A stretch of DNA of 64,000 bases from assembly GCF_001194135.2 (NCBI RefSeq), contig NC_068982.1:87389309-87453308 (forward strand). Direction: 5' to 3'. Below are positions 51,001 to 61,031 of the stretch, piece after piece; positions within the stretch are counted from its first letter, which is position 1, and each line of letters starts with the position of its first letter. The translations under genes and the position numbers were made by a program. The DNA is from Octopus bimaculoides. Lineage: Eukaryota. A model generated the notes under the pieces. The model was not told the origin of the DNA. It did no database searches and was given only the letters and a program-made list of their open reading frames with translations.

Positions 51001-54000
51001 AGAGAGAGAGGAGTTGGGGAACAGCTCTACATACAAGCATACCAAGTGGTCATTTTTGCTGTGATGGATGGGCCTTCTTGAGCACAGCAAATTGCAGTTT
51101 ATCTCAGTCCTTTGTCATCTCTTCTGTAAGCACAGCATCTTGAGATCACCTTCCAATATGTCATCCCTGGTGGTGGTCTGCATCAGCAAAACTTGGAATT
51201 ATAAATTCAATTACAAAATACTCATAATGTAAAAATGAATACAACATTGAATGTTTAATTTTAAAAGCTACAGAGACTCTACAACATAAAAATAATAAGA
51301 ATAATTATTTTGTTTTGAATGGTGTATTGGTTATTCTATATTTTGTTTATTCAATTTAAAGCAACCAGACAAGGAGGATAAAGAACAAGGGGGCAGCAAA
51401 CCTGCTCCTTACACTAAAATGCAGAAGAATGCAGTGAGTCATTTGAATGCTGTAGTTTTGTGACTTCATTTTCTTTGCATATCTTTAGATGTTGTGTTGC
51501 CACAAAAAAGTGATTTAAAACATACATGCATACACACACGTATATATATATACGTATGTATGCATGTATGTATGTATGTATGTACGTATGTATGTATGTA
51601 TATATGCGCACACACATATATATATGTATGTACGAATGTATTCAATTGCACCATGTTAGTGTTTTTCAACAGTGATTGGTAGGGGTGATGCAATATTGAC
51701 ATAATTAACCCACAATATCAATCTATTCAGTTGGAACAATGGTTCACAACCCTTGTAGCTTAACACCTTCTTTCATTGAATAGTATTTTACAAATGCACC
51801 CCCACTATGCATTGAGGTGGGTGGGGAGAAAAAAAGGCAGCAGATTATTTTAATCAAATAGAAGCTTATTTTTATGCAGTGGTTTATTATCCTCTTATAT
51901 TATCCCGGCTAATATGTGCCTGCTATTGGAAATTTGCTTGGATTAGTGTTCCCTATAAAAATTTATAAAAGTTACTTCAGAAGGTTGGTTGGTGCATCAT
52001 GAATCATATTTTCTGCTCGTTGATAGCATAATGTCTCAGTTGTGTTGTAATTTCAAGAAAAATCTTTTTGAAATAGTTTAAAATATAAGTATTGTAGCTG
52101 GTTTAGATATTTTATTTCGAAGAAAAATTAGGATGCTTTATACACCCAGTGCACTTCAAAGTGCCTCTATGACATTTGCTGCTTCCATGTGAGCAGTTAA
52201 AAGCCAATGAGTTGGAACAAGCCAATGGGAGAATCTCTACATAGCTGTATGACCTGCTAGAAACAATAGTCATATCTCTCAAATCCCATCTTACTATCTA
52301 ATATAATGAAAGGGCACAATATATTATACACTCTAACATACTCCAAAAAAGACAGGAGGATAGTCATGGTTGGAATGTCTTTGATCACAAGTCTACTTAA
52401 TCACGATTGACTTTGGGTAAACAACAAAATACAAAGTTGTTAGGGAATTTAAAAATCAAGAAGCCCTTTTGTTACCATATTTCCATTAGAATGCTTTACT
52501 TCAGTTTAAATTTATTTTGAAAATAAAGAAAAATTTAGGTGCAGGCATGGCTGTGTGATAAGAAGCTTGCTTCTCAGCCACATGGTTCCAGGTTCAGTCC
52601 CACTTGAGCAATTATAGCCCCAGGCCAACAAAAACTTTGTGAGTGGATTTGGCAGATGGAAACTGAAAGAAGCCATTATATATAATATATATATGCACAC
52701 GCACACACATATACACACACATGCACACACGCACACGCACATGCACACACGTGCACACACACACACACACACACACATACACACACACACACACACATAT
52801 ATTGCTAGCTCCAAAAGTTTTTTATTCTCTCTCTGTTTATTTCTTCATGTTCCTTTCTGTTGAAGAGCTTAGGCCCAAAATGTAAAAGACTTTCTTACCT
52901 TCCTGAGCATCAAACTAATACACCTACTTGTTGTTTATACATTTGTCTTCGTCTTTTATTTTTCTGTAAATTTCAACTATATATATATATACTGCTTGAC
53001 AACCAATGTTGGTGTGTTTGCATTCCCAAACTTAATGGTTCAGCAAAAGAAACTGATAGAATGAGTACCGGGCTTAAAAAAAAGGTACTGGAGTCAATTC
53101 ATTTGACTGATGAAATTTCTTCAAGGCAGTGTCCCAGTCTAATAACTGAAACAAGTAAAAGTGAAAGAAAATTTAGTGAAATAATTTTCTCATTATTAAG
53201 CTGGTGTTTTGGAACATAAATTAATAGGAAATTTTGATGAAAGGTTTTGATTTACATAATTTTAAAACAGATAGTTTGTATCATAGAACCAGAGGTGCTT
53301 TCAGTTGTGTTGGTATCCAAAAAGCTAAATAACTTAACACCTGAGATGAATTATTGTTGATTCAATGAGAATGAGTTTCTCCATTAATTACATCTTTAGA
53401 GAAAGAAAACCTTGTAATATCTACAATTACACCTGTAGATTATGCTTTCAAATTTTGGCACAAGGCCATCAATTTTAGGAAACAGAGGTTAGTCAGTTTC
53501 AGCAACCCCAGTACTTAACTGGTACTTATTTTATTGACCCTGAAAGGATGAAAGGTAAAATCCACCCCAGTGGAATCTGAACTCAAAATGTAAACAATTC
53601 TGCTATCTCACTGCCTTTACACCTGCAAATATTAATGTTAGTCTCAAATTTTGGTACAAGACCAGTAATTTTGGGAGAGGGTGCAAGTCAATTGCATGTA
53701 CCCCAGTATTCAACTGGTACTTATTTTATTGAACCCAAAGGGATGAAACGCAAAGTCAGCCTCTGTGGAGTTTGAACTCAGTATGAGCAGATGGACAAAA
53801 TGCTGCTTGCATTTTGCCTAGTGTGCTAACTATTCTGCCAACTTGCCACCTTCTTGGAGATATTAACATTAAAACATTTTTCATCCCTATTGTATCTTCC
53901 ATCTCCAATGTCGTGGTACCACCACGATATTGTGATGGATGGTTTAGATACACTGTACCGGTGTAGTGACAGTAAACAAGATAAAGATGCAGCCATAATA

Positions 54001-57000
54001 ACAATGTAATGATTCAACAATCTCTACAAACCAACAATCAATATTCCAAATTAACTAACCAACCAACACCTTCTGACTTCACTGCAAACTCAACTCGAAC
54101 TAACACACAAACTTCACTCCGACCACTACTATTTATAATCACTCAGTCCAGTCTACTTCTTGCAAAGGGGCATCGTGATTCTCATCATAACATCTCCCCT
54201 TTTGAGATTTTGACTTCTATAAGATGTGAAATTTATTTCATCTTTTATTTTTCCAGCACCTCTCCCTCTTTTTTTAAAAATCTAATATCTTTTTTGTTTT
54301 GGCATCATTTCTAAGTGTACAGTTTGTTTCCTTTTTCTACTGCTGCTTCTATGAAGCTCAATCTCTTTCAATGCTGGCACCTCAAACATGTCATAGCAGA
54401 CTTTCATTGGTATTTCCTTTCGTCTTGCAGTATGTCTTGTCTTTAATTGGTTTAAGTGTCTCTTATGTTCCCAACGTTGTCCTTTAATTACATACATCAT
54501 GTTTCCTAATCTTTTAGATACAAAGACCATCCTCCTAACCTTCTTTACCCTTTTTGTAAAAATTAAAATGAACTTTATCTCCTACTTTGAAATGTTTTGT
54601 TGCCTTTTCTGTATTTCGTTCAAATATATTTTTTCCTAGCAATAATTTATCGAAGATAGATTTTATTTTTCATGCGAACATTAACTCTGCCAGAGACTTT
54701 CCTGAACTGGTATTCAGATTGGGTGTTATTCTATATACCCTCAAGAATTACATTAGTGCTTCGTCATTATCTATGTCATTCCTTGTTTTTTTTTAACACT
54801 CGCTTGAAATTATTAATGAATCTTTCTACCTGCCTATTTGACCTTGAGTGGTAGGGTGGGGTAAAAATGTTTTATCGCATGTATTTTGCAGAAATTTTTG
54901 AATTCACTACCTGTAAATTGTGTTCCATTATCTGATACCAATGTGTCTGGAACACCGTATTGGGCAAATAATTCATACAGGAACTTTATTGTTGTCTTTG
55001 CAGTTGGTTTATTGCACCTTCGTACCTCTGCCCACTTTGTATCGCTATCAACAATTAGATAGTATGCACCGTTCACCAGTTCAGTGTAGTCAATATATAC
55101 CCTGACCCACAGACTATCCATCTCAGGCCATGATTGGTATTTCACAGATGGTGCTTTGGCTGCTAGCACACAACCTCTACATGCTTTCATACAATTTTCA
55201 ATGTCCCAGTCCATTGTCAGCCAATATACATAGCTCCTCATTAAGGCTTTCTTTCTCGACATTCCCAGATGTCCACTATGGAATTCCTGCAACACTCATT
55301 CCTGTAGTGCAGTTGGTACTACCACTCTTTGCACATACATTAAAACATTGTTGTATAGTGAAAAATTATTCGAATTTGTATTTCTATTTTGTTTATTTTT
55401 CAATGTTTCTTTCATTCTTGTAATGTAATTATTCTCTGCACATTTCATTTTTATATCATGCACTGTCACTGACAGATGTGTAGCATTTGTTAAAATGAAA
55501 TCTTTCACCTTGCAAATTTTTCTTTGAAATGTGACATCATTCCACATTTCACCTACAAAGTGTAGTTTGTCACTCGTTATGCCATGTGCAGTTTTCACTG
55601 TTTTTCTTAATATAGGTTTCTCTATTTTCTTCCACATGTTGATGTTGATGATTGAAATGTTACTACCAGTATCCAGTTGTAATTTGATATTTACTTTTAC
55701 ATGTACAAATTTCCTTATTTGGGAGTCGATTTTACTTTCTGCTGAGAGCATTTTAGAATTTTTTACTTTTGACCTTCATACTTTTGTTCTAAAGTGTGAA
55801 CTCTTGTGTCCAAATTTTTGACAACTGTGATATTTTTGGTTTTTTAAAAAGGACAATCTTTTTTGAAATGTAGGCCTCCATATTTGTAACATGGATTAGG
55901 ACCAAGCAATTTTCCTTGGTTATACTTTTTTGGTTGGCATATCTGTATTTTTGCGAAATCCTTTTCTTGAATTTTTCTTACATTGTGTGTCAGGTTCACT
56001 CTTTGACACTCTTTCACACTCCTCTGCAACAGTCTGCAGGGTTAAATCTTGGTTTGCTTGTTCAAGTTTTGAAAGAAGTCTTTCCCATATTTCTGTATCT
56101 TCATTTGCTGTAAGGCCTTGTGCAAAAATGAGGCACTTAAACATCTCAGGAGTAAGTTCTTTAAGTTTAAAACTTTCAGTGACCATTCCTGCATACGTAA
56201 TAAAGTCATCATCCTCTTTCTTAGTTAAATCCCAACACTCCATTTGAGTGTTAAATAGAGAAGTTTTATTACCAAACATGTTAGACAGTAATTTGATTGT
56301 TTCTTGAAAACAAATTTCACAAAACTTTTTGGGCAATATGAAATTACAGTATCATTCATGCTCAGAGCTAATTTACGTAATAATAACCTTACTTTTTCTT
56401 CATCCAACCCAATCCTGTCTTGCAATCTTCTTTAAAAATCTCCTCATACCTTCCATAGTACACTGCAAAAGTTATACCCTCCTCTAGGTTATAACTGAAT
56501 TCTGTTATGGAGTTCAATATGCTGTCTGGCAAAAACAAACTTACTGAATTTTCAGACTTCTTTGTGTATAGTTGTAGTTGTTGCTGTGCTAATTGCTTCT
56601 GCAACTTCTGTTGCTGTTCTTGTTGTTGCTTTTGCAACTGTATTATATAAGCTAATAGGTCTTCCATCATTTAACAAGTTGTATCATGAACAAATCGTTA
56701 AATAACCTACCTGAGCTTCAAAACTCTTGTTGCCTGATGTTGCATCCTCTGTCTCCAATGCCATGGTACTGCCATGGTATTGTGACGGATGGTTTAGATG
56801 CACTGTACCAGTGCAGTAACTGTAAACAAGATAACAATGCAGCTGTAATAACAACATAACAATCCAACAATCTCTTCATGAATCAACAATCAATATACCA
56901 AATGAACTAACCAACCAGCACCATTCAACTTCACTATGAGTTCAACTCGAACTGATACACAAACTTCACTCCAACCGCTACAATTTATAATCACTTTGTC

Positions 57001-60000
57001 CAGTCTATTTCTCGCAAGGGGGCATCGTGACTCTCATCACAATAATCTCTAAAGCTGAGATCAATAACTCAGAAAAAAATATTAACATATTAGAAATTAA
57101 TATTTTGCAATATTTGATGAATAAATGGCATCAACACATAAATATCAACTCATTTATAATATAACCGTTTCAGTAAATTAGAAATATATTTACAATTTAT
57201 CAAGTCTGAAGACAACAGATTGAAAGAAACAGTAACAAGCTGGACAAGATGCTTTTCAGTGTTTTAGTTTCTAACTTTTACATTCTGAATTCAAATCCTG
57301 ATAGGGATGACCTTGCATTTTGTTCCTCTGTGAGTCAAGAAAGTACCATATATATGAACCAGAGTTGATTCAACTAACTAGTGGCCCTACCCTACCAATT
57401 TATTGCCTTATGCCAATGTCAAAAAGGTAATATTTATTAATTCCAGTGGAATGGTTAAGGCTGTGGACTGACAGAACAGGTAGAGTAACTAAAAAAATGT
57501 CTATCTTTTAATCTTTTACTTATTTCAATCATTGGACTGCAGCCATGCTGGAGCTCTACTGTCTGGGATGAGTGCTTTTCTTATTGACCCCGAAAGGATG
57601 ATAAGAAAAGCTGAATTTGGCAGAATTTGAACTCAGTGTGCACAGAGTTGAAAGACGTACCACAAGGTATTCTATCCAATGCTCTAATGACTCTACTAAT
57701 TTGCCACCCTTACATTAAATTACTTGGCAATATCTAATTACATCCCTTTAGGTTGTTAGTTAAAATCCAACTGTGGTCAACTTTGCCTTTTATCTTCCTG
57801 GGGTTGATAAAATAAGTACCAATAATACACTAAGTGTGTTGATTTAATTGACTGTCTCTTCATGCAAAATATCTTGCCATATACTAATCAATATTTAGAA
57901 ATTAATATGTATTAAGTCCATTTCAAAATTGATTTGTGGCTTTTGAACTTGACAATATCTCATGTTCATCAATTTTTAGTTTCTCAGTTTTAAATAACAT
58001 TAAGATGAAGACACATTTCTATAAGTTTTTGATAAAATTTAATCAGAGGGTAGCCAGAAATTTCTGTGTTGCCATTTAGACCAGGGTCAGCTATGATTGA
58101 CCAACATCAGTAGTTGGTTGAACAACTATGTGTGAGTCATACTCTACCGTAGAAGAATCATAGTGCATACAGACATGAAGTGGTTTGTTGTATGAACAAA
58201 TTAATTTACTGTATTTGATGACATATTAGACACATCCCAGTTTTAGCAGTTCATATTCAAGAAAAGAAATTTTTAGTGCATTAAAGTATGTAATATTTAA
58301 AGCATTCTAGTAGTACAAAATATTAATAATGGTAGTAATAATAATGTTTTATTAAATGTTAATATGGAGTCAGATTTGATAGAAAAATCATGTAGATTAA
58401 AATTAACCTGTAGTAGTGATAAAATTAATATACAAGAAGCTCAACTATGCATATAGATCCTAGGGTGATTTTTTGAGGCACTTTTGGGGAAGAAATCATG
58501 TCTTATATGCTATCAAATACAGTATATGATTTGAGTGAATCACTATTAAAAGAATGTTGAAAAACACTGCTTTATTTAGAGTTTATGTCTTTGTGTGCAG
58601 CATGTTTAGAAATGCACTATGATATATATTTTATTTTATTTACTGAAAAGAAAAATGCCTTATTTATTTTATGCATTTAAATAAATGTATATTTTATAAA
58701 AAAATTGCTTCTACATTTTTAGCATGTATTTTGCACGGCTTCAGTATTTATGAAACTTCATTGTATATTTATTCATTTATTTCCAATATTTTACATCTTT
58801 GTTTTTTGATAACTTACCAAGAGAAAGAGGACCAGCATTCATTACTTTGTAGGCCTTACTTAACTGGTGAGATTGATGTGGTTGATTTTCTGTTTGATCA
58901 TCAGGAGATCAATATTTGCAGGAAAAACTAAAATATGGAGGAAAGCAATAATCTTCTGGTCCCAGATGTTAGCATCACAGTGAGATGCACTAAAGACACT
59001 CAAAGAGTAGGTGATGGTTTTAAACTGAATGGTCTGTCAACCAAGTATGGCTGAGCTACAAGCTCATATGTATGGATTTCAAATCTGTTACAGGCATTTT
59101 GTATGTGCCACAGTTCAAATTCTTGCTTTACAGAAACATGGATATATTATTGAACACCACAGAATTGCGATATTTGTCTTGAGAAAGCTTCTTGTATACA
59201 TGTATAGTACTAAAAAGTATAGAAGTGTATCAGAGCAGACAAAAAGCATCCAGCGGTGGTAGTGGAGTTGCTAAATCAGGATTTCTGTGTCTTTGTGCAT
59301 CATCAGTAGCAAGTATCTACTAGATATTAATCAATTTTCTATTAACTATTTCATAACTGCCACACTAGTGTTGTTAATAAGAAGGAATTGAAAATAAAAT
59401 TCATTTCTAATGTAATTGACAACACATCAGTTCTGCAGAACTGCATGATATGAGAAAAGGCATAATCTGTATGACATGTTTGTTTTACTTTGAATTTATA
59501 CCGTTTGTTTTTCTTGAGGTATATAAAATATTCTTTACATGTTTTTTCTATACCTGTATTATACAGTATATATATGTGTGTGTGTTTGTATGCATATTTT
59601 ACACTCATTTATATGTAGTAATATATACATATATGTGTATATATGTGCATATACATATATAAACGTGTGTACATTAATACATACATATACACACATATAT
59701 ATTTATACACAAACATATTTATATGTATATATACACACACATTTACGCATACATGTGTATATACACAGACATGTATATAATTATATATATATATATATTT
59801 ATTCATTGATGTATATACATTCATGCACATAAATTTATACATACATACATATACATGTCACATGCATACAATCCTCACAATCACATTTATATATTATTTT
59901 TCATAATCAACTCAAAATTAAATAAATGCAACAAATAAATATTTATACTTTATTTACTACAGGAAAAAAAAGGTCAGCCAGCATTAGATAAAAATACAAG

Positions 60001-60061
60001 AAGACAGCAAGAGATAGCCAAACTGGAGAAAGTTTTGAATTCTGTCAGAGAATCCACCTAA
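3630..60061 (+). CDS. DNAI1: Dynein axonemal intermediate chain 1 (IC78-type, WD40), 5'-partial; join(3630..3724,6080..6184,7884..7985,9661..9747,10919..11003,11930..12091,17037..17281,21838..21927,31133..31220,33774..34008,40463..40562,42114..42247,43099..43150,59963..60061)
   Basis: 14 exons located by hand with AG/GT ends and matching phases; 1679 nt, about 558 aa, ending TAA at 60059-60061. Motifs [85 protein letters not shown] and LKLSPNLRK match human DNAI1 as I recall it. N-terminal exons are not in the window. Confidence 0.95.
3750..4075 (+). repeat. SINE family C copy with a tRNA-like head
   Basis: TAGCTCAGTGG A box and GTTTGATTCC B box; body repeated at ~40805-41075; related head at ~31540-31750. 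Confidence 0.78.
6080..6184 (+). CDS. DNAI1: DNAI1 exon (VITPEE...[21 protein letters not shown])
   Basis: tttcag / gttagt; conserved DNAI1 motif. Confidence 0.95.
7884..7985 (+). CDS. DNAI1: DNAI1 exon ([10 protein letters not shown]...[15 protein letters not shown])
   Basis: tgcag / gtaatc; matches human [22 protein letters not shown]; not in the ORF track. Confidence 0.93.
8880..9250 (-). repeat. SINE family B copy (head GGCTGTGTGGTAAG...GGTTCAGTCCC; central (TA/TG)n)
   Basis: Other copies at approx. 8190-8355(+), 9800-10000(-), 11715-11880(-), 19315-19715(+), 32785-33135(-), 38160-38325(-), 52540-53155(+, interrupted). Confidence 0.8.
9661..9747 (+). CDS. DNAI1: DNAI1 exon (QEKKEKEKK...KKLTNIEST)
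   Basis: tttttcag / gtgagt; matches human QEKTKEKEK...RKLTSMESQ. Confidence 0.9.
10919..11003 (+). CDS. DNAI1: DNAI1 exon ([28 protein letters not shown])
   Basis: ctcacag / gtagag; conserved [14 protein letters not shown]. Confidence 0.95.
11930..12091 (+). CDS. DNAI1: DNAI1 exon ([14 protein letters not shown]...GTLLPLWKF...[16 protein letters not shown])
   Basis: tatag / gtaagt; phase 1 to 1. Confidence 0.96.
12980..16082 (+). mobile_element. hAT-superfamily DNA transposon, near full length and decayed
   Basis: TIRs CAGGGTTGCCAA (12980) and TTGGCAACACTG (ends 16082); subterminal TTTAGCATTTTT repeats; transposase remnants inside. Confidence 0.88.
14041..15870 (+). pseudogene. hAT transposase pseudogene
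   Basis: N-terminal zinc finger (W...C..C...H....H), [42 protein letters not shown]; stops and frameshifts near 14625, 14946 and 15541. Confidence 0.87.
16220..16994 (-). mobile_element. Internally deleted mariner element
   Basis: TA-flanked imperfect TIRs (CAAGGTGTAGTCAAAAAATATCCG / GGATACTTTTTGACTACATCTCA); minus strand encodes the mariner C-terminus [14 protein letters not shown]...[15 protein letters not shown]. Confidence 0.85.
17037..17281 (+). CDS. DNAI1: DNAI1 exon ([22 protein letters not shown]...GKHLGPVWE), WD40
   Basis: ttccag / gtgagg; conserved [22 protein letters not shown]. Confidence 0.95.
21838..21927 (+). CDS. DNAI1: DNAI1 exon ([30 protein letters not shown])
   Basis: atctag / gtaaat; matches human VKWQKDD...SVSSDGRIVSWTLVK. 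Confidence 0.94.
22804..23310 (+). pseudogene. PLE GIY-YIG endonuclease C-terminal fragment
   Basis: One frame reads [27 protein letters not shown]...[19 protein letters not shown]...LDWSII...PY...CRLCTLE...LINSKS...CKH; single TGA at 23002 (probably CGA to TGA). Confidence 0.88.
23737..24661 (+). pseudogene. Tx1-like ORF1 (RRM-like region plus zinc knuckle), frameshifted
   Basis: ORF track pieces 23650, 24044 and 24277 join by frameshifts; CX2CX4HX4C at about 24475-24516. Confidence 0.8.
24662..25575. other. Assembly gap (one of about 11 N runs)
   Basis: Others at 8356-8879, 15664-15673, 18757-18948, 23373-23593, 26411-27232, ~31847-31957, 34496-34985, 38752-39491, ~40304-40378, 47175-47964. 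Confidence 0.98.
25576..28553 (+). pseudogene. Tx1-like ORF2 (endonuclease / reverse transcriptase)
   Basis: APE motifs 25581-26219, frameshift near 26215, YADD at 27244, stop/deletion near 27544, zinc finger near 28170. Confidence 0.9.
29167..29260 (+). ncRNA. Type I hammerhead ribozyme motif (PLE-associated, minimal stem III)
   Basis: Stem I CATCT(29168-72)/AGATG(29254-58); CTGAAGA 29173-79; stem II GCGG/CTGT plus TTGCC/GGCAA; GAAA 29242-45; C-AATC-G; GTA triplet 29251-53. Confidence 0.8.
29591..30340 (+). mobile_element. Decayed Tc1/mariner (maT-like) fragment
   Basis: TA-TTCAGGGTG 5' end; 3' transposase part [19 protein letters not shown]...[11 protein letters not shown]; no matching right TIR seen. 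Confidence 0.7.
31133..31220 (+). CDS. DNAI1: DNAI1 exon ([29 protein letters not shown])
   Basis: tttttag / gtatgt; phase 0 to 1 bridges the flanking exons. Confidence 0.88.
33774..34008 (+). CDS. DNAI1: DNAI1 exon (GCGTTFDFH...[15 protein letters not shown]...[16 protein letters not shown]), WD40
   Basis: ttttag / gtatgt; highly conserved. Confidence 0.97.
35219..36240 (+). pseudogene. maT-type (DD37D) Tc1/mariner transposase pseudogene
   Basis: [11 protein letters not shown]...RTPKFI...NPRKSMR; YVFQ*D...[16 protein letters not shown]; 37 residues between the second D and the D of LNPLD; stops and frameshifts. Confidence 0.85.
36320..37910 (-). mobile_element. RTE-clade LINE 5' fragment (APE endonuclease plus putative 5' region), 3'-truncated
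   Basis: [18 protein letters not shown]...[41 protein letters not shown]; 5' boundary uncertain. Confidence 0.85.
38345..39535. mobile_element. Probable solo LTR (TG...CA) in a (TA)n tract, interior in a gap
   Basis: Starts TGTAAGG, ends ACTACA, TATA on both sides; CpG-rich; 58-bp tandem duplication of the 5' end. Confidence 0.5.
39591..39652 (-). ncRNA. Type I hammerhead-like motif, probably inactivated (G12 to A)
   Basis: Minus strand GATAA CTGAAGA GATGTTGG..CTGGCATC C AAAA CTC-A-GAG TT TTATC; stems I, II and III all pair. Confidence 0.6.
40463..40562 (+). CDS. DNAI1: DNAI1 exon ([33 protein letters not shown])
   Basis: ctttcag / gtaagt; near-identical to human [18 protein letters not shown]. 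Confidence 0.97.
41571..41930. mobile_element. Foldback/MITE-like element with long imperfect TIRs
   Basis: ACACTGGTTCTATTT...TCAACTAGTTAACCAT...TCAATCAGCTAGG mirrored by CCTAGCTGATTGA...ATGGTTAACTAGTTGA...AAATAGAACCAGTGT. Confidence 0.7.
42114..42247 (+). CDS. DNAI1: DNAI1 exon ([12 protein letters not shown]...KLTHIAFN...IIVGDDR)
   Basis: tgtag / gtatgt; conserved IIVGDDRG. Confidence 0.96.
43099..43150 (+). CDS. DNAI1: DNAI1 exon ([17 protein letters not shown])
   Basis: tttttag / gtgagt; conserved LKLSPNLRK. Confidence 0.96.
43760..43990 (+). mobile_element. Old CR1/Jockey-type LINE RT fragment
   Basis: Translation STGELL...[18 protein letters not shown]...IGSFL, a degenerate KAFDRVWH motif. 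Confidence 0.65.
44310..44478. repeat. (ACT)n/(ACC)n compound microsatellite
   Basis: Direct reading. Other large tracts: (AAT)n 51-110, 304-392, 1203-1270; (GTA)n ~3220-3275; (TG)n 18695-18756; (TATG)n ~22200-22445; (ATT)n ~60973-61030. Confidence 0.9.
44717..45303 (+). repeat. Three tandem 5' parts of a TTAA-CCCTTT (piggyBac-like) MITE
   Basis: Units start at 44717, 44875 and 45081 (TTAACCCTTTTATTACC...); related fragments at ~7255-7430 and ~53165-53335. Confidence 0.65.
46030..46790. repeat. Pyrimidine-rich (CT/T) low-complexity tract
   Basis: Strongly G/A-poor on the + strand; the long F/L/S ORFs in three frames are compositional artefacts. Confidence 0.8.
46935..47174 (-). repeat. SINE family D 3' part with (GAT)n tail (GGAAGGGCATCCAGCTGTAGAAAC core)
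   Basis: Other copies at approx. 10380-10560, 18100-18330, 18425-18600(+), 19915-20130, 49008-49205, 49225-49510, 63775-64000. Confidence 0.8.
48080..48700 (+). pseudogene. Tc1-like DDE transposase fragment
   Basis: [14 protein letters not shown]...[11 protein letters not shown]...[16 protein letters not shown]. Confidence 0.8.
51362..51433 (+). CDS. Candidate alternative 72-nt cassette exon of DNAI1 ([24 protein letters not shown])
   Basis: T-rich tract plus AAG acceptor, open 24-codon frame, GTGAGT donor, phase 0-0 matching both flanking exons; no transcript evidence. Confidence 0.5.
53888..57044 (-). mobile_element. Ty3/Gypsy LTR retrotransposon with both LTRs, RT/RNase H deleted
   Basis: LTRs 53888-54192 and 56738-57044; TSD ATCCC/ATCTC; PPT AAAAGGGGAGA; PBS-like CAGGCAACAAG; gag CCHC ([13 protein letters not shown]), protease LDTGS, integrase HLGM..RSYVYW..C..C, IDY, SDNGTQF. 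Confidence 0.9.
59963..60061 (+). CDS. DNAI1: DNAI1 terminal coding exon ([10 protein letters not shown]...[16 protein letters not shown])
   Basis: actacag acceptor; matches human EKKGQ...EIAKLDKLLNLVRE; TAA at 60059-60061. Confidence 0.93.
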   Translation, partial: EKKGQPALDKNTRRQQEIAKLEKVLNSVREST

Positions 60062-60070
60062 TTCCTTAAT

Positions 60071-60076
60071 AATAAA
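60071..60076 (+). promoter_or_regulatory. Candidate polyadenylation signal AATAAA
   Basis: AATAAA 10 nt after the DNAI1 stop; the region is AT-rich, so a chance match is possible. Confidence 0.35.
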
Positions 60077-60969
60077 TATAGTGAGTGAATGCTGATGAAG
60101 AGAGGCAGTATTTCTGCAAACTGAGTTCAGTTCATACTCTGGTTAGAGCAATTTCCATTCTATGTTGTCAGTGTCATTGAAGAACACATGACCATTGCAT
60201 AATCACATTTGTTTCTTTTCCTTAAAATATATGAAGTCTTATGTTTATTCAGTATTGTTTACTTGAGCATCAGATAAACAATGTTGTAAAATTTATTCTG
60301 GTTTTTACATTCTGAAATCAACTCTCATCAAGGCCAACTTTGTTTTCCAACCTTCTAGAGTTAATAAAATATAGTACTTGTCAAGAATTGGGGTCAATGA
60401 TATCAATTTACACCTTCCTATTGAATTTCAGGCTTTGAAACAATTATGTTGCAAATAAAACTTATCAATGTCAGGCATATCCTATTGACTACACAACTAT
60501 AATAAACTCATAATATAATAATACACATATGAAGGTGGCAAGCTGGCAGAATCATAAGCAACCCAGCCAAAATGCTTCAAGGCATTTCATCTGTCTTTAT
60601 GTTCTGAGTTCAAATTCTGCCAAAGTTGACTTTGTCTTTCATCTGTTTTGGGTTGATGAAATGAGTACCCGTTGAGCACTAGGTCAGTGTAATCAACTAA
60701 GTCACTTCCCCCAAAATTTCAGGCCTATTGTAGAAAGAAACATTATTATTAGAATAGTGGTTGGTAGAATTGCTAATACATTGAACTGAATGCCTTGCAG
60801 CATTCACTCCATTTCTTTATGTTCTGAGTTCAAATCCTACCGTGGTCAACTTTGTCTTTCATTCTTTTGGTTTTGATAAAATATAATACTAGTCAAGTAC
60901 TGGAATTGATGTAACAAACTAATTCTTCCCTCAAAATTCCTTGCTTTGTGCCTAAATAAGGAAACCAAC

Positions 60970-61031
<62 letters not shown>

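Noticed and set aside
50330-51040. Minus-strand ORFs of 71-153 aa in purine-rich DNA
   Set aside because: No convincing EN or RT motif; probably the body of a longer repeat (similar to ~20190-20420) but not classifiable by eye.
58800-58870. Possible cryptic exon ending at GTGAGA
   Set aside because: The phase does not fit the flanking phase-0 DNAI1 exons and the acceptor is weak.
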